Positions 25,337 to 34,262 of a stretch of 38,630 nt of DNA are shown here, one piece after another (position 1 is the first letter of the stretch; every line of letters starts with the position of its first letter). The notes under the pieces were generated by a model, which was given only the letters and a program-made list of their open reading frames with translations, was not told the DNA's origin and did not search any database. Source of the DNA: a virus (Duplodnaviria > Caudoviricetes); the IMG/VR virus record IMGVR_UViG_3300032040_000027, positions 1-38,630 of that record. One strand, given 5' to 3'. Position numbers and translations under genes: made by a program.

Positions 25337-26468
25337 GAGGTGCCTCCGTGGTAGTGACGGTGATCCAGTTCGGATCTTCCGTGCCGGACAGTGCGGAGAT
25401 CTCACGCCGGTACGTCCCATCAGGGATCAGATCGTCGTCACGGACTGTTATGTCACACAAGTCACCCTTCCGGTACTCACCGGGGAACGGTGACTGGTCG
25501 GTGCGAACCCGGAAAGGCCAGAACTGGGTGGGCGCAGCGGATACCCGGATTCGTTCATCCGAATATGACTGAATGGTCGCGGGGTCGCTTGCGCTCGAGT
25601 GGTCAGTATCGACAGATTCGAACAGGGGGAAGCCAGCGGTGAGCTGAGCAGGGTTCTGCGCAAACGTAACCATGGCATTGCCGACAGAGCGACCACCTGT
25701 CGTCCACGCAAGAGACGACATTGTGGTTGCGTCGATCTCAATCTCAAGGTCATCAATGCCTGGTTCGGGTACTGAGTAGTCCCACTGGTGGATTGATGCC
25801 GAGCGGAGACGTGGCTGTTCCTCGGTACCGGTACGAAATAGTAGTTCGATGCCGAGACGGTCTGCGGTGAGGCGTGGTGCGAACTCCCAATCGGGCCCGT
25901 TGTCGCGGGCTGCATAGTTGTCGAAGGTTCGACCAATGGGGACAATGTCGGAACCGAAGATGGTGTCCTCGTGAGTGCCCACACGGTCATCTTCGAAGAT
26001 GACTGGCAAGTCACCACCCGGGAACAGCATCGACTGTTGAACGATTTTCTTGAGGATGGTGCCCATGTCCCAACCGGACAGAACAGTGTTGGTGAGCGGG
26101 TTTGCCTCACCTGTGGCCGGATCGATGAGGGGTTCGGTGAGTGCCGCCAGTGGGATGACGTTGCGGCGGTTGAAGTAGTCGTTACGCGCCCGCAGCTCCA
26201 ACGTTCGGCGGCGGCGGTTGTAGAGCGGTTTCGACATCAGCCCGAACGCCATGACGTTGTCGCCAATGATCTTCGCGAGGAACGTTTTCCCTGCGGTGGC
26301 GGCGTTGTACAGGCCGAGGGCGCGCATGCTTTGGTCGGCCAAGTTCACCACGCAGGAGAGTTCGTCGGGGGCGTTGCGGCGGGACTCCCACCGGTCGGAG
26401 ACAACCTCAAGGTCAAGGATGTTCCGGCCGGTGAGGAAGTCACCGATGACAGTGCGGGACTCGACCAT
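25329..26468 (-). CDS. Minor tail protein (hub/Tal-like)
   Basis: IGDFLTGR, GPDWEFAPR, GFPLFE, GDLCDI..IPDGTY; position in tail module; start uncertain (see findings). Confidence 0.85.
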   Translation of the reverse strand: MVESRTVIGDFLTGRNILDLEVVSDRWESRRNAPDELSCVVNLADQSMRALGLYNAATAGKTFLAKIIGDNVMAFGLMSKPLYNRRRRTLELRARNDYFNRRNVIPLAALTEPLIDPATGEANPLTNTVLSGWDMGTILKKIVQQSMLFPGGDLPVIFEDDRVGTHEDTIFGSDIVPIGRTFDNYAARDNGPDWEFAPRLTADRLGIELLFRTGTEEQPRLRSASIHQWDYSVPEPGIDDLEIEIDATTMSSLAWTTGGRSVGNAMVTFAQNPAQLTAGFPLFESVDTDHSSASDPATIQSYSDERIRVSAAPTQFWPFRVRTDQSPFPGEYRKGDLCDITVRDDDLIPDGTYRREISALSGTEDPNWITVTTTEAPLG

Positions 26469-26528
26469 CTCGTTAGCTCGCCAAGACTGTGGATGTCTTG
26501 TGCTGGCCGTAGATGTACCGGGTCATGG

Positions 26529-27440
26529 TTATTCCTTCACGATTGCTGCTCGTGCTGCGTTGCCGTTCTCGATTGCTGTGGGGAGTTCGCTGATCTTGGC
26601 GATAACAGAAGCAAAACCGTCGCCGTTGTACGTGCCGTCACCGCCTGTCGTTGCTCCCTGAAGGGCTGCATGGGCGGCTACGATGCTGTCGAACACTTGC
26701 TTCTCCAACGACTTGTGTGCACCAAACAGGTCGTACATGATGTATGCGATTTGCTCGTTGCGGGGCTGGTTGGTGAGTTCGTAGTGTTGCACTGCACCCG
26801 ATGGCCACAGCGTGATGCACTGGGAGCCTTCCGCAAACTTGCCTCCCGGCATGGTCGCTTTGTTGACGTAGTTGGTTGGTTGCATGTCTTCTTCTTTCTC
26901 AGGTTTAGGTGCAGGTAGGGGGATTGGCGTGCCGCTGCCAGCCAGCGAGGAACCGGCCAGAGCGACAATCTTTGCGACGGTCTCCGGGCCGGGGCAGAAA
27001 GTTGGGTAGCTGGCGTTGTACCTGTCCCATAGATCACGGTGGCCGAGAACGTTTTTTATCGTGTAGCGGGAGCGAAGGTCACTCAGTAATCGTGCTGCCG
27101 CATTCAGCGCTTTGGACGAGATCGGCCACGCACCACCGGCAGACTCGTTCTCAATCTCCACTGTGACCGAACGGTGATCCCACGCAGCACCCTTGCCACC
27201 GTCATAGGCTGAGCCGGAAGTCCACGCACGGCGTTCCTCGGGAACAACACACGTAATGCGTCCCTCATTGCTGATCGTGTAGTTTGCGGACACTCCACGT
27301 GAACCGCTGACCATCGCGTCAATAACCGCATCATCATTTGTGCCCGCCTGGTGATGAATCAGGAACGTGTCAATCGTGGAGTTGCGCGGTGAAGACTGGT
27401 TCGAGATGCGCACCTGATTGGTTTGCTTACTGAACGTCAT
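26529..27440 (-). CDS. Endolysin, N-acetylmuramoyl-L-alanine amidase
   Basis: LIHHQAG, SANYTI, RAWTSG, SVTVEIEN, GHRD, TFCPG. Confidence 0.9.
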   Translation of the reverse strand: MTFSKQTNQVRISNQSSPRNSTIDTFLIHHQAGTNDDAVIDAMVSGSRGVSANYTISNEGRITCVVPEERRAWTSGSAYDGGKGAAWDHRSVTVEIENESAGGAWPISSKALNAAARLLSDLRSRYTIKNVLGHRDLWDRYNASYPTFCPGPETVAKIVALAGSSLAGSGTPIPLPAPKPEKEEDMQPTNYVNKATMPGGKFAEGSQCITLWPSGAVQHYELTNQPRNEQIAYIMYDLFGAHKSLEKQVFDSIVAAHAALQGATTGGDGTYNGDGFASVIAKISELPTAIENGNAARAAIVKE

Positions 27441-28471
27441 TACGCCTTCACCCCGTCAGCAGACCACGAGAAGTAGTAATCGAACGATGCGGAAAGATTG
27501 TTGTTGTTCGTGCGCGAAACGTCAACGGTAAATCCGGTCGTAGTGACTGCGTATACGCTGACCACTTCTGTCCCAGAAACGGTAGCCAGCCCAGAAGGGT
27601 TGAACGCTCCGGAAGTGCGCCCTCCGACTGCTGTGGCAAGAACAACGGGGATGCTCGCATATGCGACCGGGAAGGTGACCGTGATGGATACTTTCGGCGC
27701 AGCCGCGCCCGTGATCTTCTGAATACCTCGTTGCGGCGTCGAGGTGATAACACTCTCGACAGTCCCCATCTTCAGCTGTATTGAAGAACCCGTCTGCTCC
27801 CAAACCGCACCCGTAAACCGGTAACGTGACGAATCAGCCAACACCACTGCTTGCTGATCCTTCTGCGCCGTCGTCCACAAATCCAATGCAGCCTTAGTGC
27901 GGAACGGAACCGTCCCACCCGTCGTTGCCGTGTACTGGTAGAGCTGTGTGTACACGACACCAGCCGATTGCATGGTGGTGGCTGTCGAAGGGATCAAGAC
28001 TGTTGCCAAGGGTTCGGCGCCAGCACCAATACCCGGTTCAGCATCAAGAGCCGCCTTCGCTGTGTCGTAGGTCGGCAAAGTAGGCGACACTGACGCTGCG
28101 CCTGTCAGGGTGCCAAATTCAGGTAAGTCGTTCGCGTCAGCGTTCGGCGACACAGAATCGTTCTGCTTCACATAAACGATGTCGTACCGTGAGTTCGCCA
28201 CTGGCGCAGGATCATGCGGAACGTTTGTGGCTCCGTTGTTGGGGAGCAAAATAACGCCCTGCCCTGCTCGCGACACCGCAGCCTCGAACGCAGCAACAGA
28301 AGAGTTCATTGTCGCCGTCGACGTAACCAGCGCGTTCGTGTGCCGAGGAAAGATGCCAGTGCGTGGGTTTCCGGAACTGTCGCGGACAATCAGACCAGCG
28401 AGCGCAAGGCGCACATCATTCGCATCAGCAAGGCCGCTGGCCGAGGGGAATCCGTCTTGAAGGGCCATCAT
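27440..28471 (-). CDS. Minor tail protein / receptor-binding candidate
   Basis: PVANSRYDIVYVKQND; C-terminal ITVTFPVAYASIPVV..TTTGF beta-domain. Confidence 0.85.
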   Translation of the reverse strand: MMALQDGFPSASGLADANDVRLALAGLIVRDSSGNPRTGIFPRHTNALVTSTATMNSSVAAFEAAVSRAGQGVILLPNNGATNVPHDPAPVANSRYDIVYVKQNDSVSPNADANDLPEFGTLTGAASVSPTLPTYDTAKAALDAEPGIGAGAEPLATVLIPSTATTMQSAGVVYTQLYQYTATTGGTVPFRTKAALDLWTTAQKDQQAVVLADSSRYRFTGAVWEQTGSSIQLKMGTVESVITSTPQRGIQKITGAAAPKVSITVTFPVAYASIPVVLATAVGGRTSGAFNPSGLATVSGTEVVSVYAVTTTGFTVDVSRTNNNNLSASFDYYFSWSADGVKA

Positions 28472-28477
28472 GTGCTC

Positions 28478-28963
28478 CTAGTGTTGTCGTCGTTTTTTGT
28501 CGTAGCGCGCCCAATTTTCGCGCTGGCAGGTTCGGCAGATGCGAGCCTTGCCGTTCACGTATGTGTTTTCGGTGGTGAACCCGTGCCCATGAATGCAGTG
28601 GGTTTTGGACGCGTTCGGATGGTTTCCATGACGTACCCGGTCTTGCATGTTGTCTGACCGCGTTCCCCATCGGAGATTGCTTAAGTTATTGTGGAGCGGG
28701 TTGCCGTCGCGATGACAGACTTCCTGCTCTGGCTCTGGTTCACCAATGAAGGCAAACGCCACCAGCCTGTGAACCAGGAATAACTTCCCCACCTTTTCGC
28801 GGTACAGCCGCACACGGACATGCCCCCGAGATAGCGGGTATTCCGTGAGCAACGAGCCTGCGGGGTACTGGGAGCCTCGACGCAGCCGCTTCACATGACC
28901 CGCGCTACTGACTTCATAGAGGCCTTCATAGCCAACTACTGGACGCCATTCTGTAGACTCCAT
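28478..28963 (-). CDS. NUMOD4-HNH homing-type endonuclease
   Basis: EWRPVVGYEGLYEVSSAG (NUMOD4), VHRLVA, CHRDGNPLHNNLSNLRWGT, KTHCIHGH..CRTC. Confidence 0.93.
   Translation of the reverse strand: MESTEWRPVVGYEGLYEVSSAGHVKRLRRGSQYPAGSLLTEYPLSRGHVRVRLYREKVGKLFLVHRLVAFAFIGEPEPEQEVCHRDGNPLHNNLSNLRWGTRSDNMQDRVRHGNHPNASKTHCIHGHGFTTENTYVNGKARICRTCQRENWARYDKKRRQH
28561..28606. repeat. 46-bp repeat shared with 33706-33751
   Basis: 43 of 46 positions identical by manual alignment; encodes KTHCI.GH.FT.ENT. Confidence 0.85.
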
Positions 28964-29052
28964 GGAGCCCTCCGATCAACTAGTACTTGATTTAGGGTTA
29001 GGCCCCGGCGAGTGTTGACGCACTCGGTTTGGGGCCGTTCTCATTCTACCCG

Positions 29053-29904
29053 TCAGTTGAACGCTGGCGCTGTATACGCAGTGAGTGTTGGCGTTCCCGT
29101 CGCAGTTCCTAGTCCATTTAGCTGGATCGTGCGGGTTGCACCAGGCGGGTTCGTCCACCAGTCGCGGCGGGTCAGGGACCCAGAAACAGGGGACTGGCCA
29201 TCGATGAATGCCTGCCCTGTGCGTAAGTCCACAGAAACGGTGGAACCCAACGGGATCTGCCGTTCGAAACGGATCTCCTGGCCCAACTCTCTGCACACGG
29301 CAGAGAACCCTTCGGATAGCCCGCCCGTGACTTCGATGATCGAGTAGGTTTCGGCCTCGCCAGCGTTTGTTGTGACCACCCGGCCCGGAACGCCCGGCGC
29401 GCCGAAATCGAGAGGGAACTGAAGCGGGAACGTGATACCTCCACCACCCGACGGCAGGCCAGTCGATAGGACCTCAACAGGGCCATACGTGCGCGGGTCC
29501 TTCATCGCCAGTGGGATGGTGAAATCGGCGACCGCGTTCTCGTCGGCCACATAGAATTCGAGCTTGCCGTTGAACTCGACGTAGGCGGTGCGCACTGACC
29601 CATCTGTCGAATCGGCGACGGTCACAGGCCAGCCCGGGGCTAGCCGTTTCAACCCCATCAGAGTCGTGCGGAGTGCACGAATCTGCGCAGCACCCCCCGG
29701 ATGGATGATGCGACCGACAATCTCGAAGTACTTCGCATCGTCATACACTGGCGACTGCCCAAACACACCATGCCCGGTGTTGCGGCGCACCTTGTCACGT
29801 TTCACAGCGGCACTGTCATCCCACCCGGGCAGATCGACCAAATAAGGGTCGGTGCCAGTGTCGGAGTTTATTAGGGTAATCACGGGTAGGGTCACGGTGA
29901 TCAT
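29053..29904 (-). CDS. Distal tail (Dit-like) protein
   Basis: Follows TMP; DPRTYG, ITFPLQFPLDFG, NAGEAET. Confidence 0.85.
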   Translation of the reverse strand: MITVTLPVITLINSDTGTDPYLVDLPGWDDSAAVKRDKVRRNTGHGVFGQSPVYDDAKYFEIVGRIIHPGGAAQIRALRTTLMGLKRLAPGWPVTVADSTDGSVRTAYVEFNGKLEFYVADENAVADFTIPLAMKDPRTYGPVEVLSTGLPSGGGGITFPLQFPLDFGAPGVPGRVVTTNAGEAETYSIIEVTGGLSEGFSAVCRELGQEIRFERQIPLGSTVSVDLRTGQAFIDGQSPVSGSLTRRDWWTNPPGATRTIQLNGLGTATGTPTLTAYTAPAFN

Positions 29905-32864
29905 CAGAAGCCTCCGAGCTCGTCTTTGATGTAGCCGCGAATCCATGCTGTGCCACCAACAAGTTCGAGCTGGCCGACGATCTCTCGCGGGCCTGAACGA
30001 CCGTTGCTTGCGGGTTGCGAGCCGCTGCGTCCGCCGTCACCGAACGACTGACCACCCTTCGGTGTCAGTGTGTATCCGAACTCGTCGGCGGCCTCAGCAA
30101 GAACCTGCGTGGATCGTCCGCGCTTCGCTGGGGCTGCGGGAATGTACCACTCGCCGCCAGTCTCGGGTTCAGCCCACACCCGAGTGGTGCCTGCGCGTGC
30201 GAACTGGGCAATGTGGTTTTCCCTGCCACCGTCTGCGTAGAAGTTCACCTTCCCGCCGTCAGCCTGATACATCCATGCGTTGTCTTTGATGCCCTGCTGC
30301 GCCTGCGGGGTGAGGAACATAGGAATGTTGATGCGGCGCCCTGAGGCCGTAGTGATGAAGTTGTCAAGCGTCTTCAGTGCCGTTTGCGTGGCGGCGATGA
30401 TCTTGATTTCCTTCTCGGAGGGCATCTGCACGATCGTGTCGGAAAGGTACTGGATCTGTTTATCGGTTGCGCCGAGGTCGCGGGCGCGCTGCAGGACTGC
30501 GTCACGGCCGGCGCGGAGGTTCGCGACGTAGTTTTCTGTGTTGCCGTCGAGGGCGAATTGGTCTTCGGCAGCCTTCTGGTAGCCGCCCGCAAGGTCGTTG
30601 AGCATCGCCATGTTGTCGCGACCGACCTGAGTGTTCTGATCCATCCCCAGGGAGAAGCCATCAACACCCTCGCGGGCTTTCCGGATTTGCTCATCGACCT
30701 CGAACAACGCATTTTGGTAGTCCAGGTTCGAGGAGACCGCATCCTGCCCCACACCGTTGGCCTCGTTCATCTTCGAAATGAGACTGTCGAGAGTGTCGGT
30801 GAGGCCATCGACTTCACCGGCAGCAGCAAGGTAAGCATCAGCAGCTTCGGTGGACGCCTTTGCCCCGTCCCCCTGAGCAAGTTCGAGGAGTGTCGTGTTC
30901 GCAGCAGCCTCATCAGTAGCTGAAATGTTGATCCCCTGCGCGTTAGCTACCTTGATCAGCGCTTCCCGATACTCCGGCATCGTTTCGAGCAAAGTGACGA
31001 GCTGCTTCTCTGAAAGGTTCTGCCCCTCGGTGAGCAAACGGAAGGCTTTCTGCGCACCAGGCAGATCATTTGCCGCAAGATCGGCAAGTTGCACACCAGC
31101 GTCTTTGACAGCGTTGCGGAAACCACCAGTTTCGGTAGTGAATCGCTTCCACACGTCATCGTTGAGTTCTTGCACGCGACCCAACATGTATCCCATGTTT
31201 TCTAGGTCGGCTGTGACGTCGCGCCACGCAGTGACGTCGCGTCCTTCACCCAGCACGGCAAACAATTCTGCTTGAGATTGCGCTGTGGTTAGAGCATTCG
31301 TAACCTCTGTCGACGAAGCCTTCAGAGAGTCAAGTTGCGCGATGAGCGCTACTACGGCGACTGCGGCGATGGCTAGCGCGATGCCCCAAGGGCCAGCAAG
31401 GAACGACGAGGTGCCACGGAGTGCAGCAGTGGTCTTCGGCATCTGCGCTGCCAGGAGGGCGGTCGCGACACGGAACTCGGCAATCTTCGGGACCGCCAGC
31501 AGAGCCACACCACCGCTGAGGACAATCGCCCCAGCGAACAGTGCAAGAACACCAATAGCACCCTGTACAGGTTCGGGTAGTCCACCGAGGAACGACGCGA
31601 ACGCGGAAAGACCCTCCGAAGCGTCCGAAATTGCGGGGAGGAACACCTGCCCGAAACCAATCGCCGCATCCATGACGTTGTTCTTCGTGATCGCAAGCTT
31701 CGACGCGACAGTGTCGTACCGTTTCGCCGCCTCAGAAGTGAGTGCGTTGTTCGCGTCGAATGCTTCGTTACCGGTCTCCATCGCCTCAGTGAACGAGTCA
31801 GACGCAGCAGCAGAACGCAGCAGAGCATCACGCATCCGCACTTCGGTGATGCCAAGTTCCTCAAGCATCCCCAGGGTGGAACCGCCCTGTTCTTCCGCAT
31901 CAGCAAGGCCCTTCACGAACAGAGCCAAAGCTGCGCCCGGGTCGGTCTTCCACTTTTTTGCGAACTCGTCAGCAGAAACCCCAGCGATTTCGGCGAACTG
32001 GTCGAGACGTTTCCCACCCTTGTCAACAGACGCAGCGATGTCGATCATGACCTTCGACACAGCGGAACCGCCGGCCTCAGCCTCAATACCCACAGATGAT
32101 AGTGCGGCGGCAAGTCCCAGCGTTTCACCTTCGGTGAGGCCGACTTGCTTTGACGCACCAGACAGACGGGTGGCCATCGCCACGATCTCAGCCTCGGTGG
32201 TGGCGTAGTTGTTGCCAAGTTCCACCACAGAAGAACCAAGGTTCGAGACTTTATCTTGCGAGGTGCCCATAACGTTTATGAACCGGGCAAGGGCTGTGGC
32301 GGCTTCGTTGGCTGACAGGTTTGTTGTTTCGCCAAGGTCGATCATGGTCTTCGTGAACGCGACAACGTTCTTTGTTTGCACCCCCAGCTGACCTGCAGCC
32401 TCCGCTACAGCCGCAATCTCCGTGTGGGAGGCCGGAAGTACCTTGGTGAGGTCGCGCAGGCCGTCCTCGACCGCCCCAAGCTCCTCAGGGGTGCCCTCCA
32501 CAGTTTTTGTGACGCCAGCCCACGCCGACTCCCAGTCGATCGCAACCTTCGCCGTGAGGGCAACCATTGCCAGCACGGAGGCGCCGATACCAACAGCAGC
32601 AGTACCGATCTGGGTTTGGGCGCGCTTGACATCCTCGCCGAGTTGCTTCGCAGCACGAGCAGCTTCCGCTTGCTCTTCCGCGAGGCGTTTCGCTGACTGG
32701 GCGGCAGTCTCCTGCTTCTTTCCCAACTCCTCGGTGGACTTCGCAGTCTCCTTCGAGGTGCTGCCGACCTTCTTAGCGGACTGCTCCGCTCCCGCCATGG
32801 CCGTTTGGAAGACCTGGTCCCCGGCCACTTGGATGTTGAATACTATCGATCCGGCGTCGAACAC
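29904..32864 (-). CDS. Tape measure protein
   Basis: 986 aa Ala-rich; WESAWAGVTKTV, LGSSVVELGNNYATTE, C-terminal ADGG..WAEPETGGE. Confidence 0.95.
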   Translation of the reverse strand: MFDAGSIVFNIQVAGDQVFQTAMAGAEQSAKKVGSTSKETAKSTEELGKKQETAAQSAKRLAEEQAEAARAAKQLGEDVKRAQTQIGTAAVGIGASVLAMVALTAKVAIDWESAWAGVTKTVEGTPEELGAVEDGLRDLTKVLPASHTEIAAVAEAAGQLGVQTKNVVAFTKTMIDLGETTNLSANEAATALARFINVMGTSQDKVSNLGSSVVELGNNYATTEAEIVAMATRLSGASKQVGLTEGETLGLAAALSSVGIEAEAGGSAVSKVMIDIAASVDKGGKRLDQFAEIAGVSADEFAKKWKTDPGAALALFVKGLADAEEQGGSTLGMLEELGITEVRMRDALLRSAAASDSFTEAMETGNEAFDANNALTSEAAKRYDTVASKLAITKNNVMDAAIGFGQVFLPAISDASEGLSAFASFLGGLPEPVQGAIGVLALFAGAIVLSGGVALLAVPKIAEFRVATALLAAQMPKTTAALRGTSSFLAGPWGIALAIAAVAVVALIAQLDSLKASSTEVTNALTTAQSQAELFAVLGEGRDVTAWRDVTADLENMGYMLGRVQELNDDVWKRFTTETGGFRNAVKDAGVQLADLAANDLPGAQKAFRLLTEGQNLSEKQLVTLLETMPEYREALIKVANAQGINISATDEAAANTTLLELAQGDGAKASTEAADAYLAAAGEVDGLTDTLDSLISKMNEANGVGQDAVSSNLDYQNALFEVDEQIRKAREGVDGFSLGMDQNTQVGRDNMAMLNDLAGGYQKAAEDQFALDGNTENYVANLRAGRDAVLQRARDLGATDKQIQYLSDTIVQMPSEKEIKIIAATQTALKTLDNFITTASGRRINIPMFLTPQAQQGIKDNAWMYQADGGKVNFYADGGRENHIAQFARAGTTRVWAEPETGGEWYIPAAPAKRGRSTQVLAEAADEFGYTLTPKGGQSFGDGGRSGSQPASNGRSGPREIVGQLELVGGTAWIRGYIKDELGGF

Positions 32865-33240
32865 GAGTCATCACCGCTTTCTTTAGCCATGAGCCCTCGA
32901 TGTCGAGGAGTCGTTCAGTAGCGGATCGGATGTAATGCCACGTTCTCGTATCGAGAGCGCGGTCTATATCCGTGATGAGGTGATGCTGTGCAAGGTCAAG
33001 TTCAACCTCGCCGAAAAGTTGCGGGAACGCCTCAGCCCAAATGTCCTGAGCCGTGGCCCCGGTTACGGCTTTGTCTGCTTCGGCAGCCTGTCTTGCGGCT
33101 GCTTCACGTTCGGCTTTCCACCCGTCGGGGTAGACGTAGTGGGGGTATCTGCCAGTTGAATCAGGGTTTCCAATGCCGAACTGGGCGATGTCCGCGAGGG
33201 TGAGAGCCCCAAACGTGCGACCAGCGCCCAGAGTGCTTTT
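32773..33240 (-). CDS. Tail assembly chaperone T segment (-1 frameshift extension)
   Basis: Long -1 frame with no obvious start: STLGAGRTFG..EVELDLAQHHL..TWHYIRSATERLLDIEGSW..; opens just before GGGGTAAAA. Confidence 0.7.
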   Translation of the reverse strand, partial: KSTLGAGRTFGALTLADIAQFGIGNPDSTGRYPHYVYPDGWKAEREAAARQAAEADKAVTGATAQDIWAEAFPQLFGEVELDLAQHHLITDIDRALDTRTWHYIRSATERLLDIEGSWLKKAVMTRVRRRIDSIQHPSGRGPGLPNGHGGSGAVR

Positions 33241-33620
33241 ACCCCTCCAGCAAGGCCTTCACCGCCTTCGATGTAGGCGTTGACACCGGACACACCGAGG
33301 ATCGTCTGCCAGAACATGGCGGCGAGCGCAACAGATTCTGTTTCAGGGATCGACAGCTCGAGTCCCATCCGGTTCCCGACAGTGCGTTCGTCGAGCGGTC
33401 GCGGCACCCACACGTCGCCCTCGAGGGTGGCGCCGTCAACGGCGATCGCCAGAGCATCAGTCATCTGCTCGCTGGTGGCGGTGCCGGTTGCTCCGTTGAG
33501 GTACGTGTCAGTGATCTGTAATCCTGCACGCCCCGGAAGAGGTTTGATGACGAATGGTTCGTCGATACCTATCACCGTGATGTGAAGGTCGCGGCCCTGT
33601 TGGGAAGCGGTTATGGTCAT
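33063..33620 (-). CDS. Tail assembly chaperone G
   Basis: Lies between major tail and TMP; AGGAG RBS. Confidence 0.8.
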   Translation of the reverse strand: MTITASQQGRDLHITVIGIDEPFVIKPLPGRAGLQITDTYLNGATGTATSEQMTDALAIAVDGATLEGDVWVPRPLDERTVGNRMGLELSIPETESVALAAMFWQTILGVSGVNAYIEGGEGLAGGVKALWALVARLGLSPSRTSPSSALETLIQLADTPTTSTPTGGKPNVKQPQDRLPKQTKP

Positions 33621-34168
33621 TGAAATTGACTCCTAGGTTTTGCTGCGGTTCGCTTGCATGCGCGGCAGCATCGGCAGAGACGCCCTTTCCGGCCCCTGTA
33701 GACATATGTGTTTTCGGGGGTGAACTCGTGCCCACGAATGCAGTGGGTTTTCGTCTGGTTGAAGTGACGGCCCTTGTCTCTGCGATCTTGCATGTTGACG
33801 GCTGGAGTACCGACAAAAAGATGATCAATGTTGCAGCAGGGCGGGTTGTCGCAGGTGTGGAGAACATGCAGCCCTACTGGGATCGGGCCGTGGGCCAACT
33901 CCCATGCAAGACGGTGTGTGGCAACTAGCCGTCCGCTCCGCCCTCCAGATCGAATCTGGCCGTACCCCTTGGAATCGGTGGCTCGGGTCCACTCAAGGCA
34001 GCCGTTAGAATCCTCGACAATGCCAGAGACCAGACGAGACGCAAGCGAAACCGGCGGCAGCAAGTCGAGTGCGCCTTCGGTGCGCCGCCTCTGGTAGTGC
34101 ATTTTGCACATATCGCGCGCGTAGTGCGTTCGGTCGCAGTTCTCGATGATGCAGGTACGCTTGTTCAT
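33617..34168 (-). CDS. HNH endonuclease with N- and C-terminal Zn-binding domains
   Basis: CIIENC..CKMHY; CLEWT..GYG..THRLAW..LHTCDNPPCCNIDHL; KTHCIRGHEFTPENTY. Confidence 0.93.
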   Translation of the reverse strand: MNKRTCIIENCDRTHYARDMCKMHYQRRRTEGALDLLPPVSLASRLVSGIVEDSNGCLEWTRATDSKGYGQIRSGGRSGRLVATHRLAWELAHGPIPVGLHVLHTCDNPPCCNIDHLFVGTPAVNMQDRRDKGRHFNQTKTHCIRGHEFTPENTYVYRGRKGRLCRCCRACKRTAAKPRSQFQ

Positions 34169-34262
34169 ATCAGCACTCCAATGCTGGTCACGCCCCCGGT
34201 CTGTTAGCGCAGATGCGGGGGTCTCTCATTCGATTGTACGAGAGACCCCCGTCATTTCATTG

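Noticed and set aside
28561-33751. DGR template/variable repeat pair
   Set aside because: No reverse transcriptase in the window; both copies lie in HNH coding sequence and the mismatched adenines are not confined to one copy
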